From positions 2,603-66,602 of the forward strand of contig QYQM01000022.1 in NCBI GenBank assembly GCA_007280905.1: a DNA stretch of 64,000 nt, in the 5' to 3' direction. The DNA comes from Porphyromonadaceae bacterium (GTDB lineage: Bacteria > Bacteroidota > Bacteroidia > Bacteroidales > UBA12481). Position 1 is the first letter of the stretch; the number at the start of each line of letters is the position of its first letter. The notes below the pieces were generated by a model. It had not been told where the DNA came from. It did not search any database and was given only the letters and a program-made list of their open reading frames with translations. The position numbers and the translations under genes were made by a program. This document shows, one piece after another, positions 28,135 through 39,309 of the stretch.

Positions 28135-29406
28135 TTATTCTTTGATAAAACGGGCTTTCCCAATTTCATTACCTTGCGTGTCGCGGGCGATAATAAGATA
28201 GGAACCCGGCCGTACCCCATTAAGGTTCAGCTGATAATTAAAATCGGATCCATTAGCGGTAACGTTTTCTTTGAAAATTTCCTGACCGGTTACGGAGATT
28301 AACGAAAGGGTAACCGACCCGGCTTTCAGCAGTGATAAGCGAACAATTGCCTGTTTTCCTGCAGGATTGGGGAACACGGTCAGACCGGCATCAGGTAGAA
28401 GGGTAACATCGGTACTCAGAGAAGCAAAGTTGCTGAAAACCTCCTTCTTAACATTCATTGAGTTACTCTGGGTAATCCGTTCTGTGAGATTATTTCCGGA
28501 ATTGGTTAATTGGAAACGCGTTGCAGAAAAAACGGTCCATGATGTTATATACATCTCCATCTGGGCCAATGTTGCATTGCCATGAGAATCAAATGTTAAG
28601 GTGATCCTGGATGAAGGCATCCAGTTTTCCGGTCCGAGATAGGTATAGGAGGTCGTAATAGTAGAATTGTTCGCCTGGAATTCATAAACATTTTTTCCCG
28701 TCAAGGTCCAAACATTATCACTATAGGAGTAGCTTAATGATTCCGACATCTGGTTGCCGTTCCAGGTAATGTCCATTTTCAGGGAGGGCACCCAGGCATT
28801 ATCCCACATTTCCATGATGAGCGATGAATAATTAGAACCCGTTACGGAATAAGAATAGGTTTCCCGAATCGAATTAACCCAGGTGGAAGTATCAGCATTC
28901 CATTCCTTTAATATGACAATCTTTACCCGATCGCCGTCCATTTCATAAGACATCTGCGTTCCTTCTTTCAGAGCCCAACCGGTGCCATTCCATTGCTCGT
29001 TGTGATATTCCAATTCATATCCCAGGTTATTATAGCTCGTAACCTGCCGGGATTGGTTAACCCAAACACCGTCTGTCATCGCCTGTATGATTACTTCAGT
29101 CTCCCGATGCTGATCGTTATAGGAATACAGTTTCCTGGTTCTGTTTCCGTTCTGGTTATATTCAATTACAGCGGGTTCGCCAAAAGAGGTATAGCTGGTT
29201 TCGATCGTTCGAAAAAGGACCCAATCCGTCTCCCAATTAAACTCCTCAGTGTGTCGCGGATAACTCCCGACAATGCCAGATTTAAATTGGGCAGCGTGCA
29301 GTTTTATGGATTCCTTTAACAGCAAGGGCATATAATTTTCTTGTGCCAATCCGTTAGCAACAACTAATATGGCGCAAATTGCAAGGGAGAGTCTGACTTT
29401 TTTCAT
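28135..29406 (-). CDS. secreted repeat protein with T9SS C-terminal sorting domain
   Basis: Signal peptide MKKVRLSLAICAILVVANGLAQ. About 7 Trp-anchored repeats. The C-terminal segment TVFPNPAGKQAIVRL...GSYLIIARD...ARFIKE is typical of type A T9SS C-terminal sorting domains (CTDs). Confidence 0.75.
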   Translation of the reverse strand: MKKVRLSLAICAILVVANGLAQENYMPLLLKESIKLHAAQFKSGIVGSYPRHTEEFNWETDWVLFRTIETSYTSFGEPAVIEYNQNGNRTRKLYSYNDQHRETEVIIQAMTDGVWVNQSRQVTSYNNLGYELEYHNEQWNGTGWALKEGTQMSYEMDGDRVKIVILKEWNADTSTWVNSIRETYSYSVTGSNYSSLIMEMWDNAWVPSLKMDITWNGNQMSESLSYSYSDNVWTLTGKNVYEFQANNSTITTSYTYLGPENWMPSSRITLTFDSHGNATLAQMEMYITSWTVFSATRFQLTNSGNNLTERITQSNSMNVKKEVFSNFASLSTDVTLLPDAGLTVFPNPAGKQAIVRLSLLKAGSVTLSLISVTGQEIFKENVTANGSDFNYQLNLNGVRPGSYLIIARDTQGNEIGKARFIKE

Positions 29407-29453
29407 GGTTTTTCTTTTTCTAAACATTTTATAGGCCATTGTAAACAAAGATA

Positions 29454-29491
29454 CAAAAAAAGTCCCCAGACAATATGTCTAAGGACTTTTT
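29454..29491 (-). terminator. rho-independent terminator downstream of groEL (A/T flanked, bidirectional shape)
   Basis: Interrupted stem gtcc..agaca-ata-tgtct..ggac (29462-29486), with A8 on one side and T5 on the other. On the minus strand it is followed by T8. Confidence 0.6.
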
Positions 29492-29514
29492 ATAAAGTGT
29501 ATCTGAATAACGGG

Positions 29515-31170
<1,656 letters not shown>

Positions 31171-31185
31171 TTAAAAGTTTTTGAA

Positions 31186-31467
31186 TTATTCGATGACTGC
31201 AAGGATATCAGACTGCTTCATAATCAGGTAGGTTTTATCTTCCACCTTGATTTCAGTACCGGAGTATTTGCCGTAAAGGACAATATTTCCGACTTTGACT
31301 TCCATTTTAACATCTTTTGTTCCCGGACCTGCTGCCAATACCTTACCCTTTTGCGGTTTTTCCTGTGCCGAATCGGGGATAATAATACCAGAGGCCGTTT
31401 TCACTTCGGCTTCCTGTGGTTCAACAAGAACCCTTTCTCCTAGTGGTTTTACGTTAACTGTTGCCAT
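31186..31467 (-). CDS. groES: co-chaperonin GroES
   Basis: 93-aa Cpn10 (KPLGERVLV...GIIIPDSA...) located upstream of groEL. Confidence 0.95.
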   Translation of the reverse strand: MATVNVKPLGERVLVEPQEAEVKTASGIIIPDSAQEKPQKGKVLAAGPGTKDVKMEVKVGNIVLYGKYSGTEIKVEDKTYLIMKQSDILAVIE

Positions 31468-31609
31468 AATTGACTATTTTGATTATTGATAAAATTTATG
31501 TTGATATCCGAAGTTATATCATATTGCATGCCATCTGCCGAAGACTGACAGGCTGACATGAAAAAAAGAGCCCAGCCCAGGCGGAAATGCTAAAGTCCGT
31601 TGTAATCAG

Positions 31610-31969
31610 TTATTTTTTAGGCGTTTCAGCACCGCCAGCTGGTTGACCCGTCGTAGGAACACCGGTTGGGATTTTTGGAACTTCACCGGGATCCACCGCA
31701 TTCTGGATCTGATCTTCAATGGCTGATCGTCCCGCTGATGAACCTCCGCGGGAAATTGTCAGACTGGCTGCAATCGACAGAACCAGCAAAGCAATCGCCA
31801 GTGTCCACGTTGCTTTTTCTAAAAAATCATTGGTCCTCCGAACACCCATAATCTGCGTCGATGCCGAAAAATTAGCGGCCAAACCACCGCCTTTTGAGTT
31901 CTGTACCAATACGATCAGACCGAGCAGGACACAAACGACCAGGATCAGAATGGAAAGAAAGATATACAT
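31610..31969 (-). CDS. secG: preprotein translocase subunit SecG
   Basis: LLGLIVLVQNSKGGGLA motif, a second TM helix, and a Pro/Gly-rich tail. Confidence 0.8.
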   Translation of the reverse strand: MYIFLSILILVVCVLLGLIVLVQNSKGGGLAANFSASTQIMGVRRTNDFLEKATWTLAIALLVLSIAASLTISRGGSSAGRSAIEDQIQNAVDPGEVPKIPTGVPTTGQPAGGAETPKK

Positions 31970-31980
31970 ACTCTATTGAA

Positions 31981-32748
31981 TTATTGATTCTTAATAAGTT
32001 CCCTAACTATTTCAATTTGATTCGCAAAGTAAACACTTTTTTCAGGAATTTTCAAACTAAGTTTTTCATAGGTTTGAATTGCTTTCAGAAAATATCCTTG
32101 CTGCACATAAATCCGGGCAAGGGTTTCCGTAAGGAACTCATCATCCTCTTTTAAACTGTCAAGGGATACATCCAGATCGTTAACCGGAGCGTGATCCGGC
32201 CGTAAAATTTTTGGTTGCGGATTCTCCATAAACCGGTCAATCAGGTCATCAGCAGGCGTTTTGCGCGATAAACGGCTATCGGTTTTTGGAAATTCGCTGT
32301 TGGTTCGCATGGGTCTGATTACAGGCGCTTTGTTTTGAGAAGGTATCTCAGGCAGACCGTCATCTGAACAAGTGTGAAAATCAAAAAGGAGCAGATCAAT
32401 ATCAGTGATTGGAAGAAAATGTTCAACCTGGCGCACAAGATCTGACTTCTCATATTCCTCTACCTCACTCAAACGAACATCTGGTTCACCATCAACATAT
32501 TTCGGAATATTCAGCAATTCAAAGAGAAATTTTCGGTCGGCAGCATAAGCAGCGGCAATTTTCAGCTGACGGTTAAACCGGATATTTTCATCATTCTGAA
32601 GTCCTTTCAGATACAACAACTGCGCCGGTTGACAAAACGGGTATTCCTGTATGATTTCACCAAAGGCAATAACCGAAGAGGAATCGAGCTTCCCCGGATT
32701 TTCAAAAGAATCGGTGAACTGTTCAGGCTTCATACTACCAGTTGACAA
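31981..32748 (-). CDS. hypothetical protein with C-terminal TPR-like helix pair
   Basis: 255-aa ORF. The C-terminus LARIYVQQGYFLKAIQTYEKL is TPR-like. It overlaps lptE by 14 nt. Confidence 0.6.
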   Translation of the reverse strand: MSTGSMKPEQFTDSFENPGKLDSSSVIAFGEIIQEYPFCQPAQLLYLKGLQNDENIRFNRQLKIAAAYAADRKFLFELLNIPKYVDGEPDVRLSEVEEYEKSDLVRQVEHFLPITDIDLLLFDFHTCSDDGLPEIPSQNKAPVIRPMRTNSEFPKTDSRLSRKTPADDLIDRFMENPQPKILRPDHAPVNDLDVSLDSLKEDDEFLTETLARIYVQQGYFLKAIQTYEKLSLKIPEKSVYFANQIEIVRELIKNQ

Positions 32749-33253
32749 CGGAGCGGTTAAAAATATCTTCGATCAGTTTTTCGAGAATCAGGGGGACAAG
32801 GTCTCCTTCAACCGCATCTAACCCTTTATCGCTGCTATAGTCTTCATAGGCCATGAACTGGGCATCGAAGTTATTTTTGGGTTCCTTCTGGTTAACAAAC
32901 TTCACTTTTACCGTAATGGTCAGCCTGTTCAGCGAAGCCTTGTCTGTCTGGTCATTTCCCGTAATCGCTATCGGTTTTGTATCATAACCGATGATTTCCC
33001 CTTCAAAACTCAGATCGCCATCGCCGCTAATCATATTAAGGCTGGTTTGGGAAATGAACTTATCCTTCAATTTTTCCGTTAACTCCTGACTGAGAGTCGG
33101 GTTCACTATGGGTGCCCGGTTAGGGAAATAGGCCACCGAGATTGTCTTCATATCGGAGGAAATCGAGGCGCCTGTAAACGAATATCTCACCTTGCAGTCC
33201 GTCAGGCTTCCGAACAAAACCATCACTAATACCAGTTTATTTAAATTCTTCAT
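32735..33253 (-). CDS. LptE-like LPS-assembly lipoprotein (assignment by recalled Bacteroidota synteny)
   Basis: Signal peptide with lipobox-like LTDC. The size (172 aa) and the position between the sigma-54 activator and secG fit LptE-family annotation. Unverified. Confidence 0.5.
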   Translation of the reverse strand: MKNLNKLVLVMVLFGSLTDCKVRYSFTGASISSDMKTISVAYFPNRAPIVNPTLSQELTEKLKDKFISQTSLNMISGDGDLSFEGEIIGYDTKPIAITGNDQTDKASLNRLTITVKVKFVNQKEPKNNFDAQFMAYEDYSSDKGLDAVEGDLVPLILEKLIEDIFNRSVVNW

Positions 33254-34488
33254 TCCTCTATCCCGAATTCTTTGATTTTCCTGTAAAGGGTGCGTTCGCT
33301 GATGCCGAGTTCCTGGGCAGCCAGTTTGCGCTTACCCTGATGTTTCCTTAATGACTTGTTAATCAGCTCAATTTCTTTATCTTGTAACAACAGGGATTCT
33401 TCAATGATCTCTTCGGTATCTTCAATCTGGGACTCATCAACCCGTTTAACATGTATGTGCGGCTGGGCAGCAACAGAGGTATCAAATCGGACGTCCTGTT
33501 CCTGATACATTCGATTGAGCAGGCTCTGCTCATCCGGCTCGATGCGGGAACTTCCGTCTTTACGTTCCATCAAGTCGTTAACAAGTTTTTTAAGATCGTT
33601 AACGTCTCTTTTCATATCGAACAGAATTTGATAGAGAATTTCCCTTTCTGACCTGAACGACCGTTCTTCGTTGTCGTGCGGCATAAGTACAGGCAGGCTT
33701 GAACGGTTATCGGCCGGAAGATAAAGCCGTAGCCGGTCACCGGTAACTATCCTGTCCTGTTCAATAATAGAAAGCTGTTCCGTAATATTTTTCAATTGCC
33801 TGATATTTCCGGGCCATTTGTAATTTTCGAGAAGTTGCTGAGCTTCATCATCGAGCCGGATAACGGGCATCATGTACTTTTCGGCAAAATCCTGGGCAAA
33901 TTTGCGAAACAGCAGGTGTATGTCTTCCTTCCGGTTTCGTAAAGGGGCTATCAGGATGGGCACCGTATTAAGTCGGTAGAAAAGATCTTCCCGGAATCGT
34001 CCTTCGTTAACCGCTTTTTGAATATCGATATTGGTTGCAGCGACAAGCCTGATATTGGTTTTTTGCGCCTTCGAGGAGCCGACCCGGATGAATTCACCCG
34101 TTTCGAGGACCCTTAAAAGCCTAACCTGGGTTGAGAGAGGAAGTTCGCCGATCTCATCAAGAAAAATCGTACCGCCATTAGCCTCCTCAAAATAACCTTT
34201 GCGGGCTTCATGGGCTCCGGTAAACGATCCCTTTTCATGGCCAAACAATTCAGAATCAATGGTTCCCTCAGGAATTGCACCGCAGTTTACCGCACTATAC
34301 GGACCATGTTTGCGTGTGCTGTGTTGGTGAATGATCTGCGGAAAACGCTCCTTTCCTGTTCCGCTTTCACCGGTAATCAATACAGACAGGTCTGTTGGTG
34401 CCACCTGCACAGCCACCTCAATCGCGCGGTGAAGTGCCGGGGAGTTTCCTATAATTTCAAATCTCTGTTTTATCTTATTTATTTCCAT
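33250..34488 (-). CDS. sigma-54-dependent transcriptional activator (AAA+ plus Fis-type HTH, no N-terminal sensor domain)
   Basis: Walker A GESGTGKE, sigma-54 contact loop GSFTGA, and C-terminal HTH AAQELGISERTLYRKIK. The AAA+ domain starts at about residue 10. Confidence 0.88.
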   Translation of the reverse strand: MEINKIKQRFEIIGNSPALHRAIEVAVQVAPTDLSVLITGESGTGKERFPQIIHQHSTRKHGPYSAVNCGAIPEGTIDSELFGHEKGSFTGAHEARKGYFEEANGGTIFLDEIGELPLSTQVRLLRVLETGEFIRVGSSKAQKTNIRLVAATNIDIQKAVNEGRFREDLFYRLNTVPILIAPLRNRKEDIHLLFRKFAQDFAEKYMMPVIRLDDEAQQLLENYKWPGNIRQLKNITEQLSIIEQDRIVTGDRLRLYLPADNRSSLPVLMPHDNEERSFRSEREILYQILFDMKRDVNDLKKLVNDLMERKDGSSRIEPDEQSLLNRMYQEQDVRFDTSVAAQPHIHVKRVDESQIEDTEEIIEESLLLQDKEIELINKSLRKHQGKRKLAAQELGISERTLYRKIKEFGIEE

Positions 34489-34617
34489 ACATTAAATTCA
34501 ATAACTGCGTTAATATAAAACGCACGGGTAACCGATTTATGAATGGAGTAAAGGTACAACTTTCCTCGTTTTTTATAACTTCATGGCCTTAATTACCTTA
34601 ACGCGGGAGTCAGCGAG

Positions 34618-35358
34618 ATGTTGCAAACCGATGATATACTAGGGATTATCCCGGCCCGGATGGCTTCTACCCGTTTTCCAGGCAAACCGTTGGTGTTCAT
34701 TCAGGATGTTCCAATGGTTATCCGGGTTTACCAGGAGGCCTCACGGGTTCTTCAGAACCTCGTTATTGCCAGCGGTGATCAGGAAATCGGAACGATTGCC
34801 CTACGATACGGAGTCGAATTTATCCTGACCCGGGGTGATCACATGTCCGGGACCAGCCGCTGTATTGAGGCTATGAATACCTTTTCAGATAAAACCGGGC
34901 GAACCTTTGGGGCCATTCTGAATATCCAGAGTGATGAGCCGATGCTTACTCCCGCAGCAATTGCTCTTTTGGCTCATGATATTTCCCGGCCTGAACACGG
35001 AATCTCCACACTCATCCGGCCTGAAACTGACCCTGTGGCCTTCCGCAATCCGAACAGGGTTAAAGTTGTACTAAACCGCGAGGGTTTTGCCCTCTATTTT
35101 TCACGGTCACCTATCCCCTTTTACCGAACTGAGGGCACATCGTGGTTTTCCCATGTCGGGATGTATGCCTTCAAAAAAGAGATTCTTGAAGAGATCGGCC
35201 GCCTTGATCCGGGAAAACTGGAAATTGCTGAATCACTCGAACAGTTGCGATGGTTAGAAAACGGGTACCCTATTCATTGCTGCGAATCAGATTATTCCGG
35301 ATTTGGTATAGATACTCCTGAGGATCTTGAGGCACTTTTAAAATCAGGATTGATCTGA
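34618..35358 (+). CDS. kdsB: 3-deoxy-manno-octulosonate cytidylyltransferase
   Basis: GIIPARMASTRFPGKPL N-terminal motif, plus IQSDEP. Length is 246 aa. Confidence 0.85.
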   Translation: MLQTDDILGIIPARMASTRFPGKPLVFIQDVPMVIRVYQEASRVLQNLVIASGDQEIGTIALRYGVEFILTRGDHMSGTSRCIEAMNTFSDKTGRTFGAILNIQSDEPMLTPAAIALLAHDISRPEHGISTLIRPETDPVAFRNPNRVKVVLNREGFALYFSRSPIPFYRTEGTSWFSHVGMYAFKKEILEEIGRLDPGKLEIAESLEQLRWLENGYPIHCCESDYSGFGIDTPEDLEALLKSGLI

Positions 35359-36369
35359 TCCCATTTGTCCTCGCAAAATTTCCAGTTCTTCCGTAAAATC
35401 AAGAAACGGATTTCTTACCTGCAGGGCTGAGATCCGATCCATTTGCTGAGCGACGAAACGTTTGTGGGCATCCGTAAGGTGCCCGCCCGGGCGGTGATAT
35501 GTTCCTTTTACTACTGATTCAACTTCATTCATCAGCGGATAAGCCCCGGGATCTATACAAGCCTTGACAAACTGGTTCCATACATATTCCACACCAGCTG
35601 GTCCCGGATGCATCATATCGGCATCGTAAAAACGGTAATCCCGGAGATCATCCATGAAAATCTCATAGGATGGGAAATAATAAAGATCCGGATAAGCCTT
35701 TATTAATATCCCGATAAACAAAAAGAGTATGGATTTACTCATCTGGTTACCGGTGGGGCCATCTTTGAAATATCTTACCGGACTTATTGTAAGGCAAATA
35801 CGCAGATTTTGATTTCTCCTAATCAAGGAATCTATCAAAGGAATCCATAGATCAGCCAGCTCCTGCGGATCGGGTTTTCGTGAATAAAACCGGTCGGCGG
35901 GCAGTTGATGACAATTGGAAACCAGACGATTACTGGTTTTCAGGTAATAGGCTTCCGGCGTTCCGAATGTGAGGATCAGCAATCCCGTTTGTTCCAGGAA
36001 TTTGGATGAGGCGACCGCTTGTTTGTTGATTGACTCAAGTAAAAGTTCGGCATCAGGATTGGAATACCGGCTATGGTGAATCCAGGAATGCCACAAATCC
36101 TGATGAAAAACCAGGTCGTCCCGGCTAAAGCCAACAGGGTTAAGTAAATGCTGCAACTGATCTGCTATGGAAAGCGGGTTATAGACTATTCCGAACGGAT
36201 TCAGGTCGATGGCAAATTTCAGTGTTTTTAACCTGTTACCGATATGCTCAGTAAAGCACGACCCCAGCAGCATGATCCGGTCAGCATAGGTAACCTGTGG
36301 GCTCAACGGATCCGTTTCAACGAGGGTTCTCAGGTTCTCGCGTTTATAGGAGGATGATCTTACGGGCAT
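35344..36369 (-). CDS. GSCFA domain-containing protein
   Basis: LLGSCFTEHIG motif near the N-terminus. Length is 341 aa. Confidence 0.7.
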   Translation of the reverse strand: MPVRSSSYKRENLRTLVETDPLSPQVTYADRIMLLGSCFTEHIGNRLKTLKFAIDLNPFGIVYNPLSIADQLQHLLNPVGFSRDDLVFHQDLWHSWIHHSRYSNPDAELLLESINKQAVASSKFLEQTGLLILTFGTPEAYYLKTSNRLVSNCHQLPADRFYSRKPDPQELADLWIPLIDSLIRRNQNLRICLTISPVRYFKDGPTGNQMSKSILFLFIGILIKAYPDLYYFPSYEIFMDDLRDYRFYDADMMHPGPAGVEYVWNQFVKACIDPGAYPLMNEVESVVKGTYHRPGGHLTDAHKRFVAQQMDRISALQVRNPFLDFTEELEILRGQMGSDQS

Positions 36370-36372
36370 ATT

Positions 36373-37332
36373 TTAATTTATCAGATTGTAAAATTGGGAT
36401 CCATCCTTTTCCAGAAATTCAAAGTTCCTCAAAATTCCTGACCATCCGGCACGAACAACGGGTGTTCCGTCAAATATTTGCCCGAATGATGAGGCATTCT
36501 GATTCCTGAAAAAATTCCGGTCTATTTCAGACAATCCCGGCCGGGGCTGTAATTCATTGATCGATGACTTTTTCGGTTTATTGTTCCAGGGGCAAACATC
36601 CTGACAAATATCGCATCCGAAAATCCAGTCCTGCCATTGGCCATGAAATTCATCCGGAATATCACTCCTGTGTTCGATGGTGAGATAGGATATGCATTTG
36701 CGCGGATCCATGGATCCATCTCCGGCAAGAGCGCGGGTTGGGCAGGCTTCGATGCAACTGGTGCAATTGCCACAGCGGTCGGGAACAACCATGGTTTCTG
36801 ACCGTATTTCGCTGCCAATAACAATTTCAGCCAGGAAAAACCAGGAGCCCTGACTGGGCATGATCAGGCAGCCATTTTTCCCGATCCAGCCGATACCAGC
36901 ACGCCTTGCCCATTCACGTTCGAAAACAGGGGCAGAATCGGTAAAAATCCGTCCATTGACTGGCCCGATTTCCTTCTGAATCCAATCGAGTAATTCCTTT
37001 CCGAGGGATTTCAGAACCTGATGATAATCTTCTCCGAGAGCATACCTGCTGATCCGGGGATTACCGGGGGTATGTTGAGGCAACGGAAAATAATAACCTG
37101 CTGCAAGTGATATAATTGTTTTTGCTCCTTCAACCAGCTTTCCGGGATCCAGCCGGACGTCAACATTCCTTGCCAGGTAATTCATTTCGCCTGCTTTGCC
37201 CGATGACAGCCATTTCCGGTACTCAGTCTCAAATTCTTTGAACGAATCAGCAGGGGCGAAACCGCAGGCCGAAAAGCCAAGATCAAAGGCCTTCTGCTCA
37301 ATTAATCGGGCTATTTCAATAGATTCAGGCAA
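36373..37332 (-). CDS. queG: epoxyqueuosine reductase
   Basis: Two 4Fe-4S motifs, CGNCTSCIEACP and CDICQDVCPWN. The N-terminal domain is QueG-like. Confidence 0.85.
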   Translation of the reverse strand: MPESIEIARLIEQKAFDLGFSACGFAPADSFKEFETEYRKWLSSGKAGEMNYLARNVDVRLDPGKLVEGAKTIISLAAGYYFPLPQHTPGNPRISRYALGEDYHQVLKSLGKELLDWIQKEIGPVNGRIFTDSAPVFEREWARRAGIGWIGKNGCLIMPSQGSWFFLAEIVIGSEIRSETMVVPDRCGNCTSCIEACPTRALAGDGSMDPRKCISYLTIEHRSDIPDEFHGQWQDWIFGCDICQDVCPWNNKPKKSSINELQPRPGLSEIDRNFFRNQNASSFGQIFDGTPVVRAGWSGILRNFEFLEKDGSQFYNLIN

Positions 37333-37338
37333 GGGCTT

Positions 37339-37644
37339 TTACAGAAATCCTAATTCAAGTTTGGCATCATCGGTCATCATATCTTTGCTCCATGGAGGAT
37401 TAAATGTCAGCTTAACCTCCACATCGTTCACTTCTTCAAGTTCCTTAACGCGTTCATGGATTTCCTCGACCAGTTCATCAACCATCGGGCAACCCGGGGA
37501 GGTAAGAGTCATCAGGATAACCACTTTACCGCCATCCAGGATATTAACCTCATAAATAAGCCCGAGATCATAGATATTTACCGGAATCTCCGGATCATAA
37601 ATATTCCGCAACAGGCGGACAATCTTGACTTCAGTCTGCATCAT
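37339..37644 (-). CDS. SUF-associated DUF59/MIP18-family Fe-S assembly protein (SufT-like)
   Basis: IYDPEIPVNIYDLGLIY and LTSPGCPM motifs. It overlaps sufE by 4 nt. Confidence 0.75.
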   Translation of the reverse strand: MMQTEVKIVRLLRNIYDPEIPVNIYDLGLIYEVNILDGGKVVILMTLTSPGCPMVDELVEEIHERVKELEEVNDVEVKLTFNPPWSKDMMTDDAKLELGFL

Positions 37645-38069
37645 AAGTTTTGCTGTTTCGCCTTGTAAGCCATGGCATAATATCGCATTTGATTGATCAT
37701 CGACACCAAACCGTTGGAACGGGTTGGTGAAAGATGTTCTTTTAGTCCGATTTCCTCAATAAAGCCCAGATCGGTATTAAGGATTTCATCGGGTGTATGG
37801 CCTGTGAAAATACGGATCATCAGGGAAGCAATCCCTTTCGTAATGATGGCATCGGAATCAGCCGTATAATAAATCTTCCCTTCCCGCAGGTCAGCATTCA
37901 GCCAAACGCGCGACTGGCAGCCGCGGATAAGATATTCGTCATTCCGGTAAGCCTGGTCAATCAAAGGCAAACTTTTGCCCAGGTCGATCAGATAATTGTA
38001 ACGTTCCATCCATTCGCCCAGACCTGCGAATTCCTCAACGATTTCTTTTTGTATGTCAATAATTTCCAT
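37641..38069 (-). CDS. sufE: SufE family sulfur acceptor protein
   Basis: YLIRGCQSRVWL conserved-Cys motif. Length is 142 aa. Confidence 0.85.
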   Translation of the reverse strand: MEIIDIQKEIVEEFAGLGEWMERYNYLIDLGKSLPLIDQAYRNDEYLIRGCQSRVWLNADLREGKIYYTADSDAIITKGIASLMIRIFTGHTPDEILNTDLGFIEEIGLKEHLSPTRSNGLVSMINQMRYYAMAYKAKQQNL

Positions 38070-38082
38070 AAATTATTATCTA

Positions 38083-39306
38083 TCAGGCCATTAGATCGAT
38101 TACTGAATTCAAAGCATCATGGAGCCGATCTATTTCATCTGTGGTATTATACAAGCAGAGTGATGCCCTCACTGTTCCTTCGATGCCGAACCGCTGCATC
38201 AGGGGCATGGTACAGTGTGTACCGGTGCGGACGGCGACTCCGAATTTATCGATGATCATCCCCGTATCAAAAGGATGTATCCCTTCGAGGACAAATGAGA
38301 AGATGGCTGCTTTTTCCGCGCTTGTTCCATACATCCGGAGCTGCTTGATCCCGCTGAGCTTTTGGGTGGCATAATCACGGAGCTCATGTTCATAGCGTAT
38401 GATTTTATCGAGACCGATGCCGGTAAGGTAGTTCAGTGATTCAGCCAGACCGATTGCCCCGATAAAATTGGTAGTACCGGCTTCAAACTTGAAGGGCAAT
38501 CCGTTATAAGTAGTTTTCTCAAAAGTCACACGGTCGATCATATCTCCGCCGCCCTGGTATGGAGGAAGCCGCTCGAGCCACTCTTCCTTTCCATAGAGGA
38601 TGCCGATGCCGGTTGGGCCATATATTTTATGACCCGAGAAAACGTAGAAATCACAATCCAGATCAACGACATTAACCGGTTCATGCTGAACCCCCTGAGC
38701 GCCATCGAGGAGTATAGGAACCCTATGACTGTGGGCTATCTGAACAATCTCTTTTACCGGATTGATGGTTCCGAGCACATTGGAAACATGGGTTACCGCA
38801 ACCATCCGGGTGCGATCGGAAAAAAGATTCTGATAGGCATCCAAATCCAGATCTCCCTCATCGGTGATCGGGATAATCCGGAGACGGGCACCGTGCCGTT
38901 CACAGACCATCTGCCAGGGAACAATATTTGAGTGATGTTCCATGGTCGAAATTATAATCTCATCACCAGGTTCCAGAATCCCTTCACCAAATGAAAATGC
39001 GACCAGGTTTATCGAGCCGGTGGTTCCTGAAGTAAAGATTATCTGTAAGGATTTCGAAGCTCCGATGAATTTCTGAACGGTTGTCCTGGCCTCTTCGTAG
39101 GCTTGTGTTATTTTGTCGCTGAGAAAACTAACAGAGCGGTGAACAGAGGCATTTTGTTCGCGGTGAAGCCTGTTAACCGCTTCAATCATTCTAAGCGGCT
39201 TCTGTGTGGTTGCCCCATTATCGAGATACGCAAGCGGCTTACCGTAAACCAGTTGATCAAGGATTGGGAAATCCTTCCGGATCTGTTCAATTGGAAAATC
39301 ATTCAT
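38083..39306 (-). CDS. sufS: cysteine desulfurase, SufS subfamily
   Basis: PLP lysine motif FSGHKIYGPTGIG and catalytic Cys loop RTGTHCTMP. Confidence 0.92.
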   Translation of the reverse strand: MNDFPIEQIRKDFPILDQLVYGKPLAYLDNGATTQKPLRMIEAVNRLHREQNASVHRSVSFLSDKITQAYEEARTTVQKFIGASKSLQIIFTSGTTGSINLVAFSFGEGILEPGDEIIISTMEHHSNIVPWQMVCERHGARLRIIPITDEGDLDLDAYQNLFSDRTRMVAVTHVSNVLGTINPVKEIVQIAHSHRVPILLDGAQGVQHEPVNVVDLDCDFYVFSGHKIYGPTGIGILYGKEEWLERLPPYQGGGDMIDRVTFEKTTYNGLPFKFEAGTTNFIGAIGLAESLNYLTGIGLDKIIRYEHELRDYATQKLSGIKQLRMYGTSAEKAAIFSFVLEGIHPFDTGMIIDKFGVAVRTGTHCTMPLMQRFGIEGTVRASLCLYNTTDEIDRLHDALNSVIDLMA

Positions 39307-39309
39307 AAT

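Noticed and set aside
31468-31609. CIRCE heat-shock operator (TTAGCACTC-N9-GAGTGCTAA) or another defined element upstream of groES
   Set aside because: No CIRCE-like inverted repeat is present. There is only a weak AT-rich hairpin (tgatat-N8-atatca) and two ccgaag words, which is not enough to call anything.
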